Below are positions 55,501-58,908 of a stretch of DNA of 64,000 bases, one piece after another. The stretch comes from a virus. Each line of letters opens with the position of its first letter. Position 1 is the first letter of the stretch. The stretch is from IMG/VR virus record IMGVR_UViG_3300042868_004799, positions 7,286 to 71,285 of that record; one strand, written 5' to 3'. A model generated the notes under the pieces. It did no database searches, was not told the origin of the DNA, and saw nothing but the letters and a program-made list of their open reading frames with translations. Position numbers and translations under genes: made by a program.

Positions 55501-57172
55501 AATTTTGCTTGGCATGCAATGATCTAGCAAACGCATTTGCTGCGCTTACGTCGCTGTCTGGGTCAAAGCTGTGGACTGCTGGAAGGTTTTCAATTTCGCC
55601 AGCGTTAACTGCGTCGCGCAATTGAGAAAGAGTCTCTATTCTTTCTTTTACAAATCTCTTTTTTATAGCTTCTGCATCGGGGCCAGTGATAAGTTGTTTT
55701 GTGTCTTTTCCTTCTGGCTCATCGTTTTCTTTCCAATTTCCTTTAGAATTTTTGTAGCCACCCCTAGGAATTTCCGCCGGAATTACTTTGTAAACGCCGT
55801 CACGGTAGAAGTAGTCGGCGTCTGCTTGCGCTTGTGCTGCTACTTCATCGTCAGTTAGCGCGCCGTGATCGACTCCTCCTTTACGCGCGTTCTCCATTTG
55901 AGCAACAGATCTCTTTTTTGCAGGTTTACCTGCTGGGACTTGCGGTGTTTCCTTGACTTGTGATGGCGCTGGAGTTCCTGCATCCGCTGCTTGAAGAACT
56001 TTTTCATAGTCGTCTTGGTCTTTAAGAGCTGCAGCTTGAATGTCTGCCCAGCTGCTGCCAGATGCTACTTCACCACCAACGCCGTTAGTTGTGAGGTTGG
56101 CACGACGGAGTGACCACTTTGGTGATTCTGCGTTGTACGGATCAGTTGACGGTACTTGCGCAAAATAACCGTCATCGGACTGGTATGTCAAAAAGCCAGG
56201 GCGTGCTGCGCCTGGCACATTAGTTGCGGAAAGGGTCCAGCCGTCAGGCATCGCCATTGGGTTGTCCATGTTGTCTGTGTCAATAGCGTCTGCACGATTG
56301 CCGATGATGTTTTTTGTGTTGACGTTCGGTGCATCGCGGAGCATGTCTTGCGTAAGAACAGCTTTTGTGGCCTCGCCCTTTGACGCTGGAAGATTGTAGA
56401 TACCATTTGGAATTCCATCAACACCGACAAACTCAACTTGAATAGCGTCATCGCCAGCCATTTCACTGCCTGCACCTACAACGCGTCCTGATGCTGAGCC
56501 AGAACTGCCTGCGCGGCTGCCACTCTTGAAATTGAAGTTAAAGTTAAAGCCACCGCCCTGCTCAGCAAACCGACCTTTACGGTCACGGCGCTGAATCATT
56601 GCGCGAGCGCGACGAGCAGCAGATGAGTTGCCTCCAAGGCCGAAGCCACCAAATGCGATCAATGCACGAGGAGCATCAAAGCCAGGGTCAATCGCGGCTG
56701 TAATTGGAACGTACACGGCACCGAGCGCAGAAAGACGTGCAAATGCGTGTCGACGCTCGATTGAGCCATGCTCAAGAGAGTGTGCTGTCGCTACAAGCGG
56801 ACGAACTGATTCGTCGATCATAGGGTCCGCAGCAATCCACTGCGCACGTGCGTTGCGAAGCGCTGATGCTGTCATTGCATTGGGAGTCGTAGAAAGAGGG
56901 TGACCCATAGGAAGAAGGTCAGTGTTAGACAAAGACGCAACTGTTACTTTATTTTTTGATGCAAGAGAGATGAAGCTCGACACAGCGCGAAGTGCTGAAA
57001 ATGCTCGAGCCTCTGGTGCCGAATTCTTTGTCTTTTTAAGATCGCGGTTCACTACCTCAAGCGCTGACAGATCAGTCACACGGCGGGCTGGAAGCATTTT
57101 TGCATTGGCCTTACTGGCCATTGCAAGTACGTCGATGTGTAGGGTGTCAAGCCACTTTCTACTGTTGCTCAC
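37526..57172 (-). CDS. 6548-aa polyvalent protein: 3 WYL-like, KTSC, 4 x ~140-aa repeats, ART, PI3/4K-HipA-like kinase, DEDDh exonuclease, SF1 helicase, tandem ADP-ribosyltransferases
   Basis: Uninterrupted 19.6-kb ORF with 4-nt overlaps with both neighbours. Motifs include AGTGKTT/DEAQD/GDPEQAIY, DYETTG/HNAPFD/HTADAD, GSNPGG/NYD/RLDPGG and repeated YRG..S[TF]..[EQ]xE. Confidence 0.9.
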   Translation of the reverse strand: MSNSRKWLDTLHIDVLAMASKANAKMLPARRVTDLSALEVVNRDLKKTKNSAPEARAFSALRAVSSFISLASKNKVTVASLSNTDLLPMGHPLSTTPNAMTASALRNARAQWIAADPMIDESVRPLVATAHSLEHGSIERRHAFARLSALGAVYVPITAAIDPGFDAPRALIAFGGFGLGGNSSAARRARAMIQRRDRKGRFAEQGGGFNFNFNFKSGSRAGSSGSASGRVVGAGSEMAGDDAIQVEFVGVDGIPNGIYNLPASKGEATKAVLTQDMLRDAPNVNTKNIIGNRADAIDTDNMDNPMAMPDGWTLSATNVPGAARPGFLTYQSDDGYFAQVPSTDPYNAESPKWSLRRANLTTNGVGGEVASGSSWADIQAAALKDQDDYEKVLQAADAGTPAPSQVKETPQVPAGKPAKKRSVAQMENARKGGVDHGALTDDEVAAQAQADADYFYRDGVYKVIPAEIPRGGYKNSKGNWKENDEPEGKDTKQLITGPDAEAIKKRFVKERIETLSQLRDAVNAGEIENLPAVHSFDPDSDVSAANAFARSLHAKQNFRFSYKGKDREITPTDGYVNKKTGTYNAVGLDENGESRTFIAGQMSAPAKKPVAPVKKAEISPESEAPAPSTEPVRISGTNDVDTRAQLQKAIDDGNSVVISYGGKERIFKPERIYDNPKNGKTNVVGYSETDAGDRTFTVDKIEPLRAYPKKEDNWVNIDTDSFLPKPPKPPKPKTPEQEARAQAREERDAERRERNINNPKNWKWQANPGGPGGRWEYIGPRNDSDTMADYAAYYMTPPPGVVGPDSDTFIPRPGRPAPEFRPNVRPEDRPAPGPKPFWDIVLNENKKTRPAAIRINNAVDDVMTGEGNMGSFARALGAEVNDGNIEPDEAKNIAAVMAQYIAGQVDDKAVRAVIDAPQSTDAQTSETKERFHNDLANPKNWDFIKTGGSEGFWKYNGPEDNFPPEARTEIGWEKYNIVPPPSVVTPGTDPVVDRLYWALQDAADLKGDMNSVARVIGAEVNSGNLDPDQAKNIAAAVAQFLAGNITADAVRQVISGTELDYLRDKDPKKFDTYKNIYDGASDREALVRMKLDELYAVPLGRSMKNEATGKFINPAEEIKKYDAELQAIRAGKAAPAASPEASNVSDLDAIVPSERRAAIDAAIADKKDLKFEYHEKDREVTPLDVWTNPKNGNVNLRGIEHTDGDKEKNFIIDKIGKPVDEKIKQAKLDDIIDLPQEQLDDVVDALWPARQQAAPAAKPTGLQEIDTRGSTAVSRMAYSPEQGSLFVQFTSKDGKGGGIYRYDNVGPDFIDSIATAESVGKIIPELKKISKGEKIDAFPGSSRTLMPGDDGEPDDAGTRNLPSEQDYMDDPAIDAYIKSELDKGDDDDDDDGGFDYKEAVKTLRDPEASMDEKFDAVFRTAKGTPVTDEDALPELDGQTYADIPEGSEIVFGEYGQTFHIRTPDGRYALLETGAYDEKNQVTPDYVDDLPKEATEWLRDLLFIGPDSGLAFAQGGFDDRDFENRFVKNAPSDTFNYKEAVKTLRDPEASMDEKFDAVFRTAKGTPVTDEDALPELDGQTYADIPEGSEIVFGEYGQTFHIRTPDGRYALLETGAYDEKNQVTPDYVDDLPKEATEWLRDLLFIGPDSGLAFAQGGFDDRDFENRFVKNAPSDTFNYKEAVKTLRDPEASMDEKFDAVFRTAKGTPVTDEDALPDLSEYGSGTETYADIPEGSEVVFGTSQTFYIRTPDSRYAVIETGATNEKNQVTPDYVDSMPIQAAEVLRDLLNIGSNAGLMFAEGGFDDRDFENSFRRALPSDKFDYKEALATSKDPNATPNDKFDAIFQALDGVPVADVLKELSGGETYADIPKRSVALFTAFDGDEILIRKPDGKYAIIALGATNDKNQVTPDDVDAMPTQAGEYIDQLLDDHDYFRGGFTNKEFDDEFRSQRAAAEAATASEYNPDDIKGLDELEPIETEDGGDGFAVEMFDEVFDTPPGAYKPDIFGVYVPKGRTNEVSIDFTDDPKQLATRFGVAELGKALSDAILPSDGNDATGYGSLKFASGDEPIKAEAILAALKENDVNPDIILAGLYDRALGDEDRDMTNMERVMELKNAFDSEYGTSAPSDDFTGQVLDETPRDRDIMLAKKLNERLAYPSPAQNAVIQLENFVEPNQNLIDLANDLMRRQDNDDRYDDINLAEILDQYLPLATSADPEEREEFRGLWGMMMSLDGGSSHEERDLKFSDSFRSALLSAVERTIGIPDESKDAYDELISNYGGYPEFVAGKKAIATGVDDLTSTTSAAAFYRLVKAAGRPNDIPLYRSIGVRSDDPLMQTYTTVGSTFDIDPRSFTSASLQTGTFGDAMYSPTDPEVDHVIFRVAPGKATSISAESLSWFVGEQEHFAYGSYRVTDISRQPSRITGRPDDFIVTIEQTQETSRSMSDMRDDLGFLGVDTYGDISDWERYGESEGSNPGGFYRAPDGSTYYAKQARSRSNGENEALASAFYQEFGIRSSVVGFGNIGDELQIITPLIPGAQTNAYEVLRSKKGTAYRAQLHDGFAIDAWLSNYDVTGLNYDNIVTDNEGNAVRLDPGGALMWRATGGPKDWFGDDAFEFDNMRDKLLARIPASAEVFGSMTDEQLKNSARRLLNITPGRIDEIVDSVITDKKEAEFLKETLKRRRDYILAKTGLDKEAADSDILGEPTSLAQSMGFAAQDLQPGDITAGDSFTISRIFRDSETPKGKVSVEGYYPGHELQRKEWNENTEISAVRGGKVPEMGTQPALHRPKAPYAPKPPAFTGPIASLLDGATSWEDVKERLRGKDIIVFDYETTGFPDRDKGDFSTNQPVSIGAVRIRDGKPVDYFNMFMNPGEPLGLWARENLKDEDGNPLTDATLQDSIPKAGAHSSFVEWAGPGAVFAAHNAPFDMGVFNSALEGAGIEYQNGGVIDTLKLAQQLIPSRSQKVKPDPNGPERHTLGALADFFGINIAAPATSEDAMAPLPEWMTPEERANLPVVEAGESNGWHTADADAYTVARLIPALLDHISEQGKPLSDLAAEGAEYDAKKQNFDSAVDKYTADLLDYETKKAIAAAWNCKGGGNIVSSAALLAAAGDDDSCSVPTIDEIISRSIPDASDFVDPDGISSGAIDGSSGSPLPDRGSDDRDEELIPLPDGIDEAELYSKEKFQPTAQQRNVVRGILSGDDVVVLAKAGTGKTTTLNLAARVIQKLFPKKRILYMAFNRNAAEEARGKMPANVEVRTADSVAYSFVKTQRPELFKKFAQKDTAMYSNVDIAKYLNVPSITLDDETLKPYEVAALLRKAIYSYLTSADESFSDVHLLEHFPDDAVTPDLQASAKAWIDDIFNPKGQLPFSFGEMKKIWSLSKPDFSDTASGINAPVDLVFLDEAQDTNDVLGTVIRSQNVQAVLVGDPEQAIYQFMGAKDQLQTFDAPHRLPLTESWRYGPEIGGFANRFLAFKEKVLGYKNVNRGLGRGAEGQVLSPGTMENPDAIIARSNAGAFIDMIRLMDDDKVVGVPANFMADIKNFVDSVEWLKNGGMSSGVKRPANMPNDLRPFKDWAEVEAEAAKGEDSDLGVKTSILVDMVDEQGVQGLRDVIKKLRVFGDKAKAQIKSGPQETSDLPDDLSAGAYGNITSDLQFAVDPTGVAISGNGTYAAKETIKKAGAKWDAANKQWKLPAKNDAEARKALTKLKNLLSGGKTAEAAEAAEASDEMAGIDVVVATAHQMKGLEFGNVRASNDFRGPRKDKTTGEMIYPPVEEIHLAYVVATRAQLAFDPGSLSWIYDFTNDADESPFAPVATSAEETIADDVASSAIPMPAANIEPDAPTETPTPEAPTPEAGGEGGGEEVPPAPPAVSDEGPSKDETSVYGALDKVFYAIQDAADKGADDFGRSVGTKAIEALKKTLADLIGRNPKVRELLDSIVSDLRNKRHSDPEDSVITGQNNLPETFGRVTAPEQEEQVAEPEVVELPSDPETEPTPTPVAPSTTPDVPGEEPETAPGPEVVTDEAAPAGTSEGMLTAFDALQAFVDTDPEMKTLKESNKALARSIRDKVADIRLRLESGSISLEQAQNELLDLESLIPPFVPGSKNNDSLNLDVLRDQIGDIASEIDMAMYGRAVNPKLPPPDKVDDQGRPLGVSKDGVFLTPGMRVRDKNGYSGTVEEYNKNDWLTVKVRFDLDPRDPEKIPKGNWGPGVARMPRSPGTLTTITADEAPWVDPRTDKEKANPKSKDKAPPRLDEQLEGYKKMQEGLTSKVPLNPNAGKDETGEDDEGGGGVEPPAPEPVDDGGGTSSVTEAEAAAAADRVNEDIRSSGNEGYDSATSPSFLQALSDEMKAEGANVRYLTLKLDSEVIVNVEDAKILLNYYLGEPYLPKAEAPQGATEAPEAAPESPVTFDQVAKAYELAGFTEKSSNLPSEGLIDYITYGTEDINGFLMAEQEGDSEWEPEGGEREWIQEFVEEIDKIMDQAPKFDVPVTVYRGTIYSKDKAPRVGQTIESPRYLSTSLSPLVAEDFTRLERHYTYGEVANGLGAEDVKVVYEIEIPPGEKFLSIPHFLPGIDATLAEDDQFADKNWQVEGIDGQQEILLARDSEISIVEVTQRDDGMTLIKAKLTKKAKAPAVPEVDNSPETVNKLGSEVSNPAEADAVVIDRTPPDEVLVELLREGGSQTVGSKFNENWATYIEELPQKEFEETYTFPKTGKTVPSLKKRYKDLAEFLTEFAQNSTFDISYPLETYNKPGSGLRTLLGVEIETDEDGDARFRLADAIGVLFAQAIAAYSSGAAYTGTRNNEEGIAARIKRFRGQRTSENLSGISPGSLTDVQEIHESLYNFWRSYAAIMNDPSLLDVGYGTQNEHSRSLAGILLNVLSFAGKLDGTFVRTLTFEDVDIDSPEHPLHALTAVGQEISMRPSSWAKFGEGGGTSDDDGLFTAIGFGDPSNIGDVALFITDPEGLAIGDFTAMAENEALLKNGRYRVVSVEKVTKKRKGWNIDTGEPYDADHTYTKIVLEQRSAAESPEAEEKSIEIQQLVKADETDTTLYTPETFEDFLAYAKENNSDADDDADIEKLVEGTTEWYSAIYDWLSGVLKPPSKKKQYEYSWIQMDSYAGKYSDAINQSLRDEEKTASEHYPTMQGYLMETKLPEGLTLYRGVGTWDGSEDLEEGSIVTDRAFQSFATAPRELDTLGVGQWAPIQLVTTLGPNVRGAKLSQSTEQEVLLPAGIKYRIDEITQIKGSVKQVWKITILEQGEGIDFSTGSEIEDAAEELDATEVTEALDAYANTRAYEVINTLLRTGETAAAEYLAKADLPVESGIARAKAYIDSIDAVIEGAQPIGIPATFYRGVGGKDVSKFFDGLEVGDTYRDLAYVSTTTSENRASSFPNNTNNNLYIIEIVATPGTKGIYVADALGGEGVAFPDQMPEDEFLMARGTEFRVISKDDSAADGRKKIKVEAIAVQPELPPVEKVKESEVDAANINPQWQVMPAPKTWRELEALFDDYYGKLKFSVDPFINEDVTDEQERASSGIWAYQGDDFFTINGLLRNQIRVTREETGDDVISPLKAKFIIENIYSMDMLFKKAPTIPEDMVLYRGIHSDYSDELMRSYEVGDLFQDSAYGSATIDLAIAEEWASSHDADRVPGTKSPKLVLEIVAPAGTRAIYLPGYLGGGTDHADEHEVTFDRGTTFRVISKIEDADGTIRVMRVAVVDQTRDSIDPNEPWSPPVAKSTTIEKAPEKIDFSTSIVEGIPSLRAAVQTMSAPDRGHVVGLSALADGEDIEDLEVRVNSIIDKATGENRVRLRFKLTHWALEDFKDNRDPSSGLAGWEEGPLEVPSARIDDKGNVVIDDELMYNPDMQNPMLSSSPIKWAGKTYKMEMPTASKDSDVNISVIVNDDGQFGLGANSFDGMVHIDLPRGATEQDIIDAMTAVGVRYPRPSTKEDLRVLVENKMLSLFAKQTDATTYERDSSKRAELLKQIADKWGITADDVTVEADRLGVLSYVMPDAVGEALADTTGVASFTHVINFYNVRATLMEEQQASSVTGLPRQTVIDATTKYLADFIESTALRSTITRVFEGNQESGQSSAQDISYGSADYVFTTPSADEFVYTGATPSTRIFTGEILFESKKLLKKLGAYANYDDDYGKRVEGRDILDAINVNSSETLFKHTLDLADASRIAVGMEVRAPLIKMLKDRGIANIGETAIEDFVIEIGNVHRRQVEQSAGIGVYPDEVADLDDAIKELSNSDTADDAGVDFHELTGTLLSAGMKFLPAPVGSKAVVADEDMSRLIVRYPTGFYYIHDRITEPQVYDPYEQTIVVPKPAKADSIKELIDVAKEKDQWMIPVGVKQPESKELEERYKEQLNALIEQGLSGELPDGGLLSALKKMTALDLPMAIRVLIGQLLKKIHTRTWDGTMDNLSESPVTSSGESSGSSYISDLEYFVMSGSYIMEPAALEVMSGPRKGRVYIIYSLSRVILPISADDYSLAIIAIDDNGGKRFFIDFVGEDLEFDAKTDTGTFSSVGIQYKIRPVESSDYTGKSSQEQNEIRGGKSV
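52032..52989. repeat. Near-perfect in-frame tandem repeat, 420-bp period (about 2.3 copies), within a four-unit array spanning about 51340-52995
   Basis: Sequence lines 420 nt apart read identically (e.g. 52081/52501/52921 and 52141/52561). Units 3 and 4 are progressively more diverged. Confidence 0.95.
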
Positions 57173-58908
57173 TGCATTCCCTCTTTCTTCAGCGGAAGCA
57201 AATCCGCATCGTTGCTATTGTATAAATTTGTTGCAAGATTCTTTGCACGTTCAAATGGATTTTCGTCTTCTTTTACAGCGCGAATCCATGCTGCGCGGAA
57301 CGCTGGAATAGCCTCGTAGCCGAGTCCAGAATATTCAGCCATTGCGAAGACAGCGCTTTCAGATGTGTCGTACTCTTCTTCATTCTTGAGCGTAATGACT
57401 AGCTCTGAATCTGCTAAAGCGGAGGCTGTAATAGCCTCACTTGAGTTTGTTGCTTTAGGATGCTTTTCAGGAAGAAGATCGTTGTCTTGTTTGTAGTTCG
57501 AGTTTGTTGGGCGACCAGATGTAACTAGTCGAAGATACGCGTTGACACGAGCCATTGCCCATTGGTCACGAGTCATTCCAGGTCGATGTGAACTTGAGAA
57601 CGCTCCAGCACCTCGACGATAAACAGCTTTAAGCATTCCAAGAGTTACCTTACGGCCAGCAGTTGCTTTTTCATTGTGCTCGTCTACTTTGTTCTTAATT
57701 GCTTTTTCTACTTTGTCTGAGAAAACAATTTTCTTACCGCCAGCGGCTGACCCTGGCTTATTTTTGTCAGAGCCTTTGATTCGATCTTTTTTAGGTGCAG
57801 GCTTAGAGGCTGCAAGCTCCGCGTGCATTTCATCGGCGATAGACGTATCAATGGGAACGCAATTTGGCACCATGTTTCCGTTCTTGCCTTTTTTCATTCC
57901 TACTTGCTTGTATCCGTCCCAGCATGGGCTGCCGCCAGCGGCAGTAACTACGCCGTCAGGGATTAGCGCGAATCTGCAGTAACCGCCGGGCTCAACTTCA
58001 GTTGCAATGATTTTGCACGATGTTCCACCTTCATAGAGAATACAGTTAGCGCATTTAACTCCCTTGTCAGCAAGTTCGTTTTCATCAGCTGATTCATAGC
58101 CTGCCCAAACACCTGAGTCGTCGCTGTTAAACTTGCCGTGCTTTTTTGTAATCTCAATCAGCGCTTCTGCCAGTTCGCGTTCTTCAGCAATGACGACGGG
58201 CTCGTGTCCACTGCTGTACATTGGCGCTAAATCGTCAGAGTAAGCGCGGCAACCGCACATGCATGTCAGCGGGCAGTTGCACGGTCCGACAGAACATCCG
58301 CATGTCGGTGTGCAAACTGGGCAGGCTGCATCAGCACTTTCTACTGCTATGACAACTTCAACGCGAGCTGGAGACACGGCTCCTTGTGATTGAATTCCTG
58401 TGATTGCGCGAAGCTGCCATGCCCATTTTTTGTGCATGCTGTCTCGCTGAGCAAGAAAATCGACGATGCCTTGCTCATCTGCTGCAGTCGCACACTTAAA
58501 CGCAGTGTTAATTTGCGCAAGCATGTCTTCATTGGCTTTAAGAAGTGCCTTGCTCATTGACATTGGATCGCTGTTGACAATGTCTCCGTCGGCAACTACT
58601 GTCATTGAAAGGAAAAGTGCCAGCGACGCGGGCGCATCGTAGCCAAGAGTAAGAATACTTTCCGCATTGACGTCAATCGATTCGTAGACATCAGTTGCAA
58701 TGTCACGAAAGAGATCGTGGAACTCGCGAAAGTCTTGACCTTTTACGTTCCAATGAAAGCCATGTGCTTTTAAGTAAAACGTAAATGCGCTGCTAAGCAT
58801 TACGCTAAGGCAGGCAGCAAGATCGTCTTTGCTTCCTTGCACCATTTGAACTGGCACTTGCATTTCTGTATTCCTTTGGTGAATGATGTTGTTTTCGATG
58901 TTTTCCAT
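57169..58908 (-). CDS. dps: Dps/ferritin-like domain fused to a metallothionein-like Cys cluster, a HiPIP-like domain and phage head-associated domains
   Basis: KAHGFHWNVKG.DF..FH.LF...ID..AE and HKKWAWQLR (Dps); CPVCTPTCGCSVGPCNCPLTCMCGC; CANC..Y....C...VEPGGYC; CWDGYKQVGMK..VPNCVP; VYRRG.GAF..SHRPG...QWA.ARVN. Confidence 0.85.
   Translation of the reverse strand: MENIENNIIHQRNTEMQVPVQMVQGSKDDLAACLSVMLSSAFTFYLKAHGFHWNVKGQDFREFHDLFRDIATDVYESIDVNAESILTLGYDAPASLALFLSMTVVADGDIVNSDPMSMSKALLKANEDMLAQINTAFKCATAADEQGIVDFLAQRDSMHKKWAWQLRAITGIQSQGAVSPARVEVVIAVESADAACPVCTPTCGCSVGPCNCPLTCMCGCRAYSDDLAPMYSSGHEPVVIAEERELAEALIEITKKHGKFNSDDSGVWAGYESADENELADKGVKCANCILYEGGTSCKIIATEVEPGGYCRFALIPDGVVTAAGGSPCWDGYKQVGMKKGKNGNMVPNCVPIDTSIADEMHAELAASKPAPKKDRIKGSDKNKPGSAAGGKKIVFSDKVEKAIKNKVDEHNEKATAGRKVTLGMLKAVYRRGAGAFSSSHRPGMTRDQWAMARVNAYLRLVTSGRPTNSNYKQDNDLLPEKHPKATNSSEAITASALADSELVITLKNEEEYDTSESAVFAMAEYSGLGYEAIPAFRAAWIRAVKEDENPFERAKNLATNLYNSNDADLLPLKKEGMQ

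Noticed and set aside
37526-57172. Inteins or introns inflating the giant ORF, polymerase or helicases
   Set aside because: No intein C/S...HN-C/S/T splice motifs or LAGLIDADG/HNH inserts were recognised, and the catalytic motifs are contiguous.
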